Source: Salisapilia sapeloensis CBS 127946 (Eukaryota > Protista > Oomycota). Taken from it: a DNA stretch of 64,000 nt. A program made the translations under genes and the position numbers. The notes beneath the pieces are model-generated. The model made no database searches, was not told the origin of the DNA, and saw nothing but the letters and a program-made list of their open reading frames with translations. The stretch covers positions 29,397-93,396 of the forward strand of contig JAADVB010000048.1 of the NCBI GenBank assembly GCA_023334545.1. Reading direction: 5' to 3'. Positions 42,888 to 55,313 of the stretch are shown here, in pieces. Numbering within the stretch: the first letter of the stretch is position 1; every line of letters begins with the position of its first letter.

Positions 42888-44581
42888 TTAATCATCTAAT
42901 TCATCCGCAAAGCCAATACTCAAGATGTCCTGTAACGACTTGTAGGCGTACGAGTACGTATAACCGTCCCGGACGGAAAAGACCAGGTATTCATCATCTG
43001 CATCCGCCAGCTTGGCTTTCACGTGCATGCCATCCTTAAGAGGCCGACCAATGTACGCATCGTCCGTCGCATATGCAATCGGACGACCATCATTTAGCTC
43101 GCCTTGAACGTAGACGCGATCGTCTTCCAAATACACATTGGAGGCTGCTATTCCTCGGTTATCTGGAGCATTCATGTCGCTATAGCTCGTGTCGCACATG
43201 ATTGTTTCAATGAACTTTACATCTCCCTCTCCAGCAGGTCCGCTTTGCTGCTTGATAGATGTTGGGCAAGTACCATGCGGTGTGTGGCCGACGATGAGTC
43301 TCTTGATACCGTTAGAAGCTAGACGCTGAGCAATGGACGGTGGTGTCTGCATCGGCATACCTGAGCTATACAAGTGGCGACCGAGGACAGTGGTCGCTGG
43401 ATACTTGGGAAGAACGTACTCCATCAAGTGATCACCACCGCGAGTACGGTGGTCTTTCGACCATGTCGGTTGCGCGAGCCATTGGTTCAGCTGATCCCGA
43501 TACCAGGCATTAAGTTTGTCGACCCATTCGTTAACATCTTCGTACTGGTCAAATGTACCATCCTTTCGAGGTACCTTACCCAAAGATACATTGGCATGAT
43601 CAATGTCGACGTTCTCATCGTTTTCTACCTTGGAACCGGCAAAGACACCGCCGTGAACAAAGAGCGACTGATGCGTCACGAATGCTAGATTGCCATGCAT
43701 CAAGTATTCATGGATAGCTCCACCAGGCTGCAAGCTTTCCACGTACGACTGTACGACAGTGTCGTCAGATATGTTCGACTGGTCTTTATCCAATCGAGAT
43801 GCGAGCTCTTGCCTTCGTCGTTCAAAGTCACCTGCACTGCCCATGGTGTACCGTAGCATCCACTGTAGCCGATTTACCTTTGTGTTAGATTGTTCGAGCT
43901 CAGAGAAATTCATGTTGGTCGTGTCGATGTCTTTGCCCTGAGCAGTTTTGTCTTTGAGGAATTGCAAAAGCGTGTAGCGACGCTCTGAAGGTACCCATGA
44001 CGGTCCTTCTCTTATTTCTATCATTATGTAAAAACACGAGAGTTAGATGAAGAGAAAGGATGCTTTTGCCTGCTCAAGGTACCTTCGGACATGGTTTCCA
44101 GAGGCATTTCACTGTCATCCAGTTCAGACGTAAGCCTCATCTTGTTCACGTCCCGATTGCCAACGAGTAAGACAACTCGATCTGGGTATCGTTTCTTTAG
44201 TTGAACAAGCTCTTCGTAGCATCTACATCTCGATTTAAATGGAAATACACAAAAATAATAGTACAACTAAATGTACTTCAAAGTTGCTGGCCCTTTGTCT
44301 CCACCATCTCCACCAAAGATAAGCATCGTATCATCATTTGCAAAGTCAAGACGTCTCGTATCCTTCTCTTGCGGCACGGACGCGAGAGTCTCCGGCCCGT
44401 TCAGTTTAATACAGTTGGACGAATGCTTGGCTAGATTACGAACGTAATTCCAATTGCCTTCCCAATCCGTAAGATAACAAACTCGACGTAAAGAGCTCAT
44501 TGGAGATGTAGTATAAAGTTGCTGGTAAGTAAATGCAAGAAGGAGTATCCCGACTGCGATTCCGACCGAACGAATTGACAT
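42888..44581 (-). CDS. Calcineurin-like metallophosphoesterase (3 exons)
   Basis: Motif order LTDWEGN, GGDGGDKG, LVGNRD, FVHGG, VGHTPHG; hydrophobic N-terminus. Confidence 0.8.
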
Positions 44582-44740
44582 GGCCGTTGTCTGTGATGGT
44601 GTCTATTCTCCACAGAATGCCATTGATGTATTTAAAACAAGACATTTCATTGTATCCATAATATTAATAAGTAAATTTCGTGTCCCGAAAACGTCGGTTT
44701 GCTTGTCAACGTGAAGGAGTACTATCTCTTCGACTGCGTC

Positions 44741-45777
44741 ATGATCCAAGACGCTTCTCCCATTGTACAAGCCTTTCTAGGCACCTTGTTCACATGGGGC
44801 CTTACAGCTGCCGGAGCTGCACTCGTCTTCTTGCTGGACACCACCAATCGTGATGCTAGTCAGAAGATACTTGATGCCATGCTCGGGTTTGCTGGAGGGG
44901 TCATGCTAGCTGCATCCTATTGGAGTCTATTGGCTCCGGCAATTGAAATTGCAGAGGAATCGGATTTGTACGGTCCGGACGGCCGATGGGCGTTTCTCCC
45001 AGCAGCTATTGGCTTCGGACTTGGCGCTGCAGCTATCTTTGGCACGGAGCAAGTGCTGCCATGGCTCGAAGGGAGTTCATCCAACGAGTATGATGCAAGG
45101 AAAAAAGATGACGATTATAATGGTGGAGTGGAAGCAATGCGGTCATCCGTCGGAGCTGACCCGTTGGCCAGCTATGGCGTCACCAATCGAAACACGAGCA
45201 GGTAGCAAAGCTCTATTTGCATATTCTATTCCTTCTCTGACGTTTCTGATTATAGCTACCGACGAGTCTTGTTGTTGGTCATTGCAATTACGCTGCACAA
45301 CTTCCCAGAAGGCTTGGCAGTTGGTGTTGGCTTCGGTGGCGTGGGGCAAAGTGCCAGTGCCAGCTTTTCCAACGCTGTGAATCTGGCGATTGGCATTGGC
45401 TTGCAAAACTTTCCTGAAGGCTTAGCTGTGTCTATGCCTCTAAAGCGGGAAGGCATGTCTTCCTTCAATGCGTTCATGTGGGGACAGCTTAGTGGGATTG
45501 TCGAGCCACTTGGTGGGGTATGAACTTCACGTTACTCCGTCGAAAGACCATTTTTAACACTTGCGTCTTGTATCTGTAGCTGATCGGAGCAGGAGCTGTC
45601 ATGTACGTCCAGCCGATACTACCTTATGCACTGTCATTCGCTGCAGGAGCCATGGTTTACGTAGTCGTCGACGATCTTGTGCCAGAGGCGAACCAAAGTG
45701 GTAATCAAAAGCTTGCGTCGTTGGGTACCGTCGTCGGATTTATCGTCATGATGAGCATGGACGTCGCATTAGGATAA
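44741..45777 (+). CDS. ZIP11: ZIP11/GufA-type zinc transporter (3 exons)
   Basis: [66 protein letters not shown]. Confidence 0.9.
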
Positions 45778-45885
45778 AGCCGTCCTGTGTAGTGTTAGCG
45801 TCCAATGTGTAGAAGAGTGCAGACAATGTAGATCACAACATGTAGGACAGCACATGCTTGAAGTGCGAAGGCAATATATTTCTAC

Positions 45886-47373
45886 TTACATTCGTTGGTA
45901 GTTGGTTTCGCTTTTGGGTGAACCGCCTTGTGCCTCATCCTCAATATCGTCTACATACTCATCTTCATAAGACGAATCTGCGTCTTGAAATCGTACCTTG
46001 TAGCAAATGTAGATGGCGCCCAAGACGCACGCTATCACCATGGAAACGATCACTAGAACGAATGAATCGTTAGAGGTGGCGCCTTTATCGTCAGTAGACT
46101 CCAAATAACTTTGCTCGGTTTTAACGTCGACAAGTGATGTCTTTGTCGAATTCGTATTACCATCACAGATTGCTGGAGCGATTCCGATCCGTTCATTCTC
46201 TTCGTCGTAAAGGATGTTGTGGTTTCTCATGGCACTTGCACCGAGAATGGTAGTCTCAGCTTGGTCACTGAAAAAGATGGCGCCTTCATACACGTGTGTT
46301 CCGACGTGGTACATGTACGCATCTGGTCCCATGCAGAGCCCAACCCGATGGCGAAATCGAAAGCACACGCGTGGTAACTTGGTGATCTCTTCTTCGGTTA
46401 GATGGAAAAGCTCGCCACTAACGGGCACAAGTGTGCTGCTACCAAGTTCGATTCGCCATGCCTCTGTGAACGGAGCCTTTGCAGCCTTTGGAAGGTAGAC
46501 ATACGTCGTTCCGCTATCCAACACGCATCCTTTACTTGGATTAAGAAGACTGCCATAAGTGCCTACTTCTGTGTTACCAATGTGAATAGATTCGAGATAG
46601 ACTGACCAGTACTGGTTGTTCATGATTCGAAGAGGAGTGAACATGAAGTCTTCAAGATTCACTTTCGTATTGACGCCGCCAAAGGTAAGGAATCCACCAT
46701 CGATGGCGAGACAATGTGAAAATACACGCTTGTCGATTGCTCTGTTCGCGTAGAACTGTGAAAGTATCGAGTCTGGATGTCGAGACAGTCCTATTATTCC
46801 ATCAGTAGGTTGCTTGACGAACAGCGAGCTCTGCTTATTGATACATCCAAACTCGATCCGTGACTTTAGTGCCTCACCGTCTCCAGGTAGCTTGATATCA
46901 TCAGCCATTTTAATTGCTTCCCACGCGTCACCCTGGACGTACTCTTGATTATAACGACATTTGCCATCAACGCACTCAGAGCATTGCTCCTGCATAGCGT
47001 TCAAAAAGTCACATTGAATGATCGTGGTATTGGTAGTGGGAACGAACGGGGGATGCAAGTGTCCGCTGCCACAGCTCCTACATCCTTGACATATAAAAGC
47101 AGTCTTCCCGCTCCCCGTGTCTAATATCAGTTCCCGAGGCTGATCGCCAACAGTAACATGGACGGAGTACGTGCCATCTCCAACATGGATGGCACTCTCA
47201 ACCATATGAGCTGGCCGTGGACGAGGACGTCGATTAATCGCCTGCTTCCAGCACCTCTCATCAGCTCCAGGATTACCATCGCAGCTATTCGTGACAGCAC
47301 CTCGATCACCTCCAGCACAATTATCATGGAAAAGAAGGAAGAGTAGGCTAATAATTCTAAACGACGTTGCCAT
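45886..47373 (-). CDS. Membrane-anchored A1 aspartyl protease, plasmepsin V / ASP5-like
   Basis: Signal peptide MATSFRIISLLFLLF; DTG and DSG catalytic motifs; CQGCRSCG Cys insert; ILGASAM; C-terminal TM FVLVIVSMVIACVLGAIYICY. Confidence 0.85.
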   Translation of the reverse strand: MATSFRIISLLFLLFHDNCAGGDRGAVTNSCDGNPGADERCWKQAINRRPRPRPAHMVESAIHVGDGTYSVHVTVGDQPRELILDTGSGKTAFICQGCRSCGSGHLHPPFVPTTNTTIIQCDFLNAMQEQCSECVDGKCRYNQEYVQGDAWEAIKMADDIKLPGDGEALKSRIEFGCINKQSSLFVKQPTDGIIGLSRHPDSILSQFYANRAIDKRVFSHCLAIDGGFLTFGGVNTKVNLEDFMFTPLRIMNNQYWSVYLESIHIGNTEVGTYGSLLNPSKGCVLDSGTTYVYLPKAAKAPFTEAWRIELGSSTLVPVSGELFHLTEEEITKLPRVCFRFRHRVGLCMGPDAYMYHVGTHVYEGAIFFSDQAETTILGASAMRNHNILYDEENERIGIAPAICDGNTNSTKTSLVDVKTEQSYLESTDDKGATSNDSFVLVIVSMVIACVLGAIYICYKVRFQDADSSYEDEYVDDIEDEAQGGSPKSETNYQRM

Positions 47374-47600
47374 CGTTATCCAATACAACCTCAAGAGCCT
47401 CTTCGCTTATGTAGAGACTCGTCATGTGGTCACTGCGTGACTCTCCACAGCAACTTTAATCTAGACGAAACTTGTAACGAAGACCCTACCATAACAATCT
47501 CAAAACCAAGGACAAAAGACATGGAAATGGACAATCAAAATGCATCCCTGGGATTTTAACTTACACGGTATTCGTCCTAACACTGAGCGGGAAACTGCTA

Positions 47601-50600
47601 CTAGTTATCCTTGTGTTCACTCTCGTTTTCCATATCAGCAATCCGGACACGACGCCCGGAGCTCTGTTCCTGCTGCTGCAACTTGCGTAATTCCTCCGCG
47701 AGCTCCATCTCGAGCAACGGCACGATTTCATCAAATGTCGGTCGATGCAACGGGTCTTCGTGCCAGCAACGAGTCATAATCTTACCAAATAATCCAGGAC
47801 AGTCCACCGGAATCTCCGGCCGTCGGCCAGCGATGACAGCCTCCGCCACGGCAAGCACGCTGCCAGGAATGTCCACGTACGGCACTTTACACGTCAGCAA
47901 CTGCCAGCAGATGATGCCAAAGCTGTACACGTCGACTTTCACCGAGTACTCGGACATGGTTTCCTCTTCCTTGAGTACTTCCGGCGCTGCCCAGCACGCA
48001 CTCCCGATGTTCGTCGTCATCTGCAGCGTCGAGTTCTCACCTGGGAAGAAGCCGGCGCGACGATACGCCGCACTATCTGTCTGGAAAAGTCTTGACTCGC
48101 CAAAGTCTGCGAGCTTGAGGTTCTCTCGTTCCTTATCAAAGATGCAGTTCAAAGGCTTGAGATCTCGATGGATGATCGGGACAGCTAGATTATGCAAGAA
48201 ACGCATGCCCAACGCTATCATGTGGGCGTACCGCAAGACACGTCCGTAGGAAAGAGAAGAGGACGCGTCGAGTAGATCCTGGAGAGTGCCTCCACCCAGG
48301 TATTCCGATACAATGTACAGGTTACTGCCGCTCGTGTAGCAGCCGTAGGTCGTCATGACGTAGCGATGTATAAGTTTAGATGACAAGTAAGCTTCTTCCT
48401 TCATCCGATCAAGACACTCGAACTGCGTGTTCTTGAAGGTCTTGACCGCTACTTCGACTGTACGTGGCGTGTGCGTGTTATCCACGCCGCCTCGATGCCA
48501 CAGAGCTTTTAAGACGACGGCGAACGTACCTTCGCCTAGAATCTGCACCGGATCCTCAAACTCGATACTGTTCGGATCAATGGCTTTCAACGACAGACCA
48601 AAGTCAAACGCTCGACGACATCGAATGAAGTTCGTGAGGGTGATGACGGCTGTGCCGACGCCAAGTACGTCAAAGATGCACTGGAGGGTGAAGTAGACTT
48701 CCGACGGCGCGAGTCCGTTCGGTGGCGTCTGGAGGACCGTGAGCAAGATGAGACTGCCCCAGCAAACGACAAAGAGGAAAAGGTAGCTCTGTGCCACTTT
48801 GTTCAAGCGACCTGTCGCGGACATGGGGTATGCCTCGCCAATGGATCGCTTAAAGCGCAAGTAAAAGACGAAGTTGAATCCAAACGCCAGGAGAGGATAG
48901 TACACGTAGAGAATGAGCCTGCAGGTAGGGTAGAGGCACGGCTGAAAACTGTCACTATCCGACTCATCCACTGCGTCGTTCGAGCGGTAGCCGACGAGAG
49001 ACAGCGTGATGGAAGCGATGAGCGACAGCATCATGACGTTTAGCGAGTAGGAACGATATCGTCGTTTGGCCGAGTGTGAATCCATGAGCACATCAGCGTA
49101 GGACACGACGGACCGATATAGATTGAATGCAAAGGCACACGTGAAGGAGATTTGGCCAAAGTTGAAAAAGCACTCGGACATGCAGAAAAACAAGTAGGCC
49201 AGATTGTCCACGTCTTGCGATACGAATTGGACACGAACAAGCGCGGTGACCCAATAACCGCATTGGACGCAGCTCAAGTCCAGTACGAACGGAAGGGAGT
49301 ACGTTCGAAAAGACCGAAAGCAGACGTGGAGGAGGATGACGATTAGTGATAGCCACAAGGATATACCCATCAACAGACAGTGCGTGTACGTATACACTAT
49401 CTGACTGAATGTACTGTAGTCTTCTCCGTCCTCTCCAGCGACATGGATGATCGGATCTAACGATCCACTCGGGTCGAAGTCACTTGTGTCGCCAACAGAA
49501 CCACCTTGACTACCAAGACCAGCAAAGGATGCAGACCTGGATTGAGACGCACTAGTAACGGATTCGGCTTTGTCCGGAGTCGTCATGTCACTGCCAGACG
49601 AATCTGCGGATCCGGTGAACGAGGCCAAGTCACTGCCAGCTTCGACCGACGCCATGGACTCGTCGGATCCTTCCAGGATCGTTGGACCGACGTAATCAGA
49701 ATCTAGCACGCCAGGCCTGTTTCCTTTTCCAATTGAAGGCAGTTGTACAGACGAAGATCCCGATCCAGAGTCCGAGAGCAACTCCATAGGTTCCTCCAGA
49801 GTGGACTGGGAAAAGTCCGGGACAGACTCCATACTCGCTGACCCGGCGGCCGAATCTGAGTCGTTATCTGCCACGATGATCTGCGCCTCGCCACTCTTTT
49901 GGAAATGGACACCCATGCTCGCAGTCCAGACAGCGGCTGCTAATAGACCTGCGAGGAGGAAAACGGACGAGATGGAGAACGCGATAATCTTTCGTCGTGT
50001 ACGAGCTATCTGTTTGTACCTTTCCAAACTACGCGAACGCATAGCTTGCAATGTGATTCGACTTTGTAGTCGCCGTCGAGTCCGTTCTTCGTCATTAGAC
50101 GACTCGGACGGTTGACGACCCACCTCTGCCTCACCTTCCAAAATCTCGAAGCGAGCAGTTGGACATGTCCGATCGCTTTCGTCTGCATCATCCGTACTCG
50201 TACGTCTCGATCGTAAGCCGAATTTGTTCATAAATCGAAAGGCAGATCCCAGAGAAGTATGCGCTTCGTCCAATCCACGCGTATATGGATTGCCAGTATC
50301 TTGATCCGAGCCAGTGTACAGCGGCGTACGGCCAGGAGTATCTGAAAGATGATTCGTGGTCGAACTTCGAGGATTGTGAACTAGAGACGAATAGTACGAC
50401 TCGAGGACACTACGCACACGCATGTCTGGGTCATCCTCCGCCTCTGTATAGCCCCGCAAATTCTTACTCTTGCCTATCGTCGACGGGATACTAACAACTC
50501 GCTGCCACCATCGAGAGCTACTGTGATGGGAGCTACGCTCCGAGGACGACGTCCGGTCGCTAGACGGCGGCGGTGGCAGCCCACCATCACTGTTCGTGTA

Positions 50601-50684
50601 GTTCGTGTTGCTCGTAACGTTTTGCGAATCACACTCCGAGATGTAGTCCGTCGGAGCTGACCGCTCGCTATCGTCCTTACGCAT
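47601..50684 (-). CDS. GPCR-like 7TM + tyrosine-kinase-like (TKL) kinase fusion with an extra N-terminal TM
   Basis: One N-terminal TM, Ser-rich spacer, seven hydrophobic helices (TM6 FVVCW), then LGEGTFAVV, VAVK, HRDLKPLN, DFG, WAAPE, DVYSFG, RPTF. Confidence 0.85.
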   Translation of the reverse strand: MRKDDSERSAPTDYISECDSQNVTSNTNYTNSDGGLPPPPSSDRTSSSERSSHHSSSRWWQRVVSIPSTIGKSKNLRGYTEAEDDPDMRVRSVLESYYSSLVHNPRSSTTNHLSDTPGRTPLYTGSDQDTGNPYTRGLDEAHTSLGSAFRFMNKFGLRSRRTSTDDADESDRTCPTARFEILEGEAEVGRQPSESSNDEERTRRRLQSRITLQAMRSRSLERYKQIARTRRKIIAFSISSVFLLAGLLAAAVWTASMGVHFQKSGEAQIIVADNDSDSAAGSASMESVPDFSQSTLEEPMELLSDSGSGSSSVQLPSIGKGNRPGVLDSDYVGPTILEGSDESMASVEAGSDLASFTGSADSSGSDMTTPDKAESVTSASQSRSASFAGLGSQGGSVGDTSDFDPSGSLDPIIHVAGEDGEDYSTFSQIVYTYTHCLLMGISLWLSLIVILLHVCFRSFRTYSLPFVLDLSCVQCGYWVTALVRVQFVSQDVDNLAYLFFCMSECFFNFGQISFTCAFAFNLYRSVVSYADVLMDSHSAKRRYRSYSLNVMMLSLIASITLSLVGYRSNDAVDESDSDSFQPCLYPTCRLILYVYYPLLAFGFNFVFYLRFKRSIGEAYPMSATGRLNKVAQSYLFLFVVCWGSLILLTVLQTPPNGLAPSEVYFTLQCIFDVLGVGTAVITLTNFIRCRRAFDFGLSLKAIDPNSIEFEDPVQILGEGTFAVVLKALWHRGGVDNTHTPRTVEVAVKTFKNTQFECLDRMKEEAYLSSKLIHRYVMTTYGCYTSGSNLYIVSEYLGGGTLQDLLDASSSLSYGRVLRYAHMIALGMRFLHNLAVPIIHRDLKPLNCIFDKERENLKLADFGESRLFQTDSAAYRRAGFFPGENSTLQMTTNIGSACWAAPEVLKEEETMSEYSVKVDVYSFGIICWQLLTCKVPYVDIPGSVLAVAEAVIAGRRPEIPVDCPGLFGKIMTRCWHEDPLHRPTFDEIVPLLEMELAEELRKLQQQEQSSGRRVRIADMENESEHKDN

Positions 50685-51465
50685 CGAGGGCTGCGTATCG
50701 CCGGCCAGGGCATTCGAACGTCGCGGCGAGGAAGCCGCGTGGATCGACGTGGGTGCTATGGGAGCCGCTTGGCGAATCGAAAAAGTCTAGGAGCGAAGTC
50801 GAGGCCGACGGCGTCGAGAATGTGTGCAGCCTACGGACCGAAAGTTACGGTTCAAACACCAGCCTCGTTTCTATCGCGGCTTTGTGGATGCATACTTTGT
50901 ATGCATAAAACATTTTGCTATGCTGCGATTGGGTTACAAGTCAAAACAAGTAGGATTCTATGGACATAAATGTGTAGATGCATATACGAGTCGAAGGTGT
51001 TCAACATGAAAAGCTACATGTTCGTCTACTACCAAACGGATCTACTATGGAGGTGTCGCCACGCAGATGTGAAGATGAAGCAGGGACGCGGTAACGTCTC
51101 TGTAAATACAAATGGGTATCAGGCATGTTTATGTAGTGCTCATCCTTTTATGCACCGCGCCCAAAATCCGAATCGGCACTCCAGTATGGACATTGGCAAC
51201 CTTCATGGCCAAAATTTTTGTGGCAGACTCCTTTGCACTATCCAGTTCCTATTCGTGGTCTCTACCCAAGGTCAAGTACCTCCGGCGTCTTGTGGCTTCA
51301 AAATCACTTGCTCCTTTCCCGAATATATCTAGAGCTTTGCTTCTACTCTAGCTCAGGATTTCCTACAGCTTGCGTATGATTCTACAAAAGAGAGTGAAAA
51401 TATCCAAAACTCTTTCGTCCTCCGCCTCTTCCAACTTCAGATTATCAAGTCGTGCATAAGCTGCC

Positions 51466-53602
51466 ATGGCGAATGCTACTGTGCGCACGCCTCTGCTGGA
51501 CAAGTCAGTAAAGGATGTAGAGGCTGGTGCTGGTAGTAGCATCTCCATGTGGGATCTCCGCGTCTTGCTCACACCTTGTACGTATCAATGAGTGGACATT
51601 CATGCGCATCTTTGCTAATTCACATCCAAATGACAGACTTTTGGCCGGAAACATGGGCTCTGGTATATCTTATGCATACAAAATGATAAAAGCATCTATG
51701 AACAGTGTATAGTAGCGAATTCGCGTCTTTGTGTCCTTCAGCTGCATGGCCCTTTCCAGGGGAGCTCGAATCGTCGCACCTTTATACCTCAAAGAAGCCA
51801 CGAACGCACTCTCGACAAGTCAGCTCACAGTGCTGCCCATATTTTCCATCGCCATGTACTGCTGTAGGTACATTCTGTATTTAATTGACGACTACGATTC
51901 TAAACCCCTTGGCTAGTGGCCATGTTTGCATTCTCGTTTGCAAAGCAGTGCCAGCAATATTTGTACATGGTTGTCAAGCAACATGCATATCAAAATGTTG
52001 CGTCCAAGGTGCGTGTTTCTCCTGCAAAAGGATCCAGGTACACGACTTACAGTTGTATGTAGGTGTTTGAGCATCTCCACAATCTATCGATCAATTACCA
52101 CTTGAGCAAGAAAACAGGCAAAGTCATGCGGTGTCTAGACCGTGGATCGGCCAGTACGGACAACATCGTCAACGTCCTTTGTTTCCGACTGCTCCCGACA
52201 ATTGTCGAGCTCATCGTTGTTTCCATCGTGTTCATCTTTTCGTTTGAAGAAGAGCTTCTAAGTATCGTTTGCTTAACAGGCGTGTCGCTCTATGTCGTGA
52301 CGACAGCACTAGGAACACGTATCCGTCTACGCTACAAGAAGCAGTCGAATGATCATGACAACAAAGCGAGCGAAAGAGCAGTGGATTCTCTAACAAACTT
52401 TGAAACAGTCAAGTACTTTTGTACGGAAGAGTATGAGCTCAATCGATACATGCGTAGCATCAATCTTTTTCAATCCAGTCAACTCGCTACTCGAGCCATG
52501 GTGAACGTCATCGTCACGACGCAACAGTTCATTCAACAATCCTGTCTTGCACTCTCTCTCCTCATCTGTGCACGTAATGTCTTTAATGGAGCGATGACGC
52601 CAGGTGACTTTGTTGCCGTCTCCGCCTACATTGCCAACATCTTCAAACCACTCGACTCTCTCGGGGCAATCTACAACACGATCGTGCAATCGTTTGTGGA
52701 TATGGAAAGTCTAGTGGAGTTACTACAGGTTCAACCGGAAATCACGGATGCTCCGAATGCCAAGGATTTGTCCGTGAACTCCAAAGCCAGTTCGATTGAG
52801 TTTGATCAAGTGAGTTTCCATTATCCTTCTCAGAATCCTTCCAGCGGATTGAAGAAGGTTTCCTTTACGGTACCTACGGGACACACGGTCGCAATCGTCG
52901 GTCCAACTGGATCAGGCAAAACGACTACAAGTCGACTATTGTTCCGTTTCTATGATGTATTGCAAGGTCGTATACTGATCAACGGACAGAACATTCTAAA
53001 TGTCAAGCAAAAGTCTTTGCGCAAGAACATTGCTGTTGTGCCTCAAGACACAGTCATGTTCAACGATTCGATCCGGTATAATTTAACGTATGGGCGTCCG
53101 AATTGCCCAGATGAAGAGATGGTAGCAGCAGTGAAAGCAGCTAACTTGTATGACCTCATCCAAACGCTTCCGAACGGCTTTGAAACCGAGATTGGTGAGC
53201 GAGGATTGAAACTGAGTGGAGGTGAAAAGCAGCGGATGGCAATTGCTCGATTGGTCCTAAAGAACCCAAGTATCGTGGTCTTGGACGAAGCGACAAGTTC
53301 CTTGGATACAGTGACAGAGAGGAGTATCCACCAAGCGCTTGATCAAGTGTGTGCAGGTCGGACAACACTAATCATAGCTCATCGGTTATCCACCGTTCGA
53401 CATGCGGATAAGATTTTGGTGTTAAAGAATGGGGTCATCGTGGAAAGTGGTGACCATGATACGCTGGTGAAAGAGGAAGGAGGTTTGTCCGTTGATACGA
53501 ATGGTATGTGATTGAGACTAAGGTTACCATGTGATAGAATACTGGAGCTTGTGGAGACAGCAGGCACAGACCGGTGAAGATACGCCTGAGCTGACAGCGT
53601 AA
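51466..53602 (+). CDS. ABCB half-transporter, ABCB6/HMT1/ATM1 family (multi-exon)
   Basis: FEHLHNLSINYHLSKKTG, DSLTNFETVKYF, Walker A GPTGSGKT, signature LSGGEKQR, LDEATSSLD, IAHRLST. Confidence 0.9.
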
Positions 53603-55313
53603 GGGCTGGGGATGATTCGAATGTTGTAGATGCAGAGCATGTTATTACATTCCGATTGTGATGCTACAAATGAACGAGATGGTAATAGACGATCGAAAGC
53701 CTTTCTCGTTTCTAATTACGACAAGTGTACTTTATGAAAGGATGGACAGACGGATGTGACCAATGTGTTTACTTCGGACAGTCTATACTGGCTACTTGGG
53801 TACATGAGATCGTAAAATCTATGAATCGTCGCCCGCTCTCGACGTAGCCGTGACAGTATCTTTAACCATGTACCCTTTGCAGCTTTTCAAGATAGCATCT
53901 GATAAATCGTCTATTCAACGCTTTTCGATACCGCTATGCATCACCCGAGCGTTTTCTAGTAGACCATGTATTCATCAGGGCAGAATTGGGGGATAGGCAG
54001 GTGTACATTGCGTACATCCTCTATAGTTGTTTCATATCCAAAGTATCACCCACAATGCCTGCTATTGAAAATCGTCGTGGAAATAAGCGTCTAAGATTCA
54101 TCGAACGTACCTTTACTTTATATGCAAGTATAAATGCAAAAGAACGGCACCGTATCACTGGACAAAATGTAAAATCTACGACCAGGTCGACGCTTGGAAA
54201 CCTGGCCATTCGCTTAGATAATTGCACTGGCTTCTCAGGATATTTCCAAAAGCGGGTGCAGGATGACAAAAAGGGCACTATTTCCCACCTTGCCTACAAC
54301 CTACCGAAAGGCACGCCCTTCCTACGAATCATCCTAACGTGAGCTTTGTCTTCAGGCATAGTAAACGTGAAGAGCTGTATAAGATGCTTGCTTAAAAAGC
54401 CTCTGGTGAGTATGATTGTGCCAAGTCGAATGGAGTGGCGACCTGTTGAAGTTTGGTCGAAAGTGGCTTCAAATTGCGAGCAAATGATACCAAGGCGAAG
54501 ATCACAACCCATGGAGTTTAAAAGTAGAAAACATATATGAAGAGGTTGGATATTAGTCAAAGCTTCATACTTGCTCTGTCACTAACACAGCCTGTGCGCG
54601 CGATCGTCATCGCGGTTTCGGGCGCGGCCTAGTAATCGTGATGTCCCACGAATGAGTCTTGAACGATGTCCATCCTCGTCTTGCATGATAGTGATGCGAT
54701 CGAGACATGACGGTCGCATGGTTGTCGTTACCAAGAGAGGGAACAGGAAGAGATAGGTAACTAAATACAGTTCGAACCTTGTCTGAGGACTACACGTCGA
54801 TTCCTATCAACTTTCTTCTAATCGACCCAAGTTACCATTGCAAGAAACAAGTCTATCAAACAGTTTCAACATGTCTTTCGCTCTTGCATTTCGCCTTGAC
54901 GATAGATCCTAGCAGATGAGTGAGTCGAATGCGGGGATTTGCCACATCGATTTGACTACTCGTGGGACCGAAAAGATCATTAGTACCAAGCCCTCGATCT
55001 CGCTTGGTCACAACTTTTGACAGTTCGTCCCCCGTTTTGTCGAAAAGAGGCCAAAAGCCCTGTACCACAAGCGGACGACACGACGCGATACCAACGCACA
55101 TCGCCACTCGACATCCGCAGATACACACAAACGGTCGACCAGTGAAGCACTTGTACGGCTAGACGCCATTTCTCCCCTCCTATCCTCGTCGAACAAGTGA
55201 CTCGCGTCGCTACTCCTTCTCAAAGAACAATTTTCGGTACGTCCTCCGTCCATCGAATCTTATCATAAGGGTGGAAAGTACTCAGACTATATTTAGGCAG
55301 CAAAGAAAACAGA

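Noticed and set aside
53603-55313. 1.7-kb spacer with short ORFs (53986-54560) and a 6-bp hairpin near 54598-54613
   Set aside because: No recognisable family, terminal repeats or target-site duplication; a hairpin this short is expected by chance.
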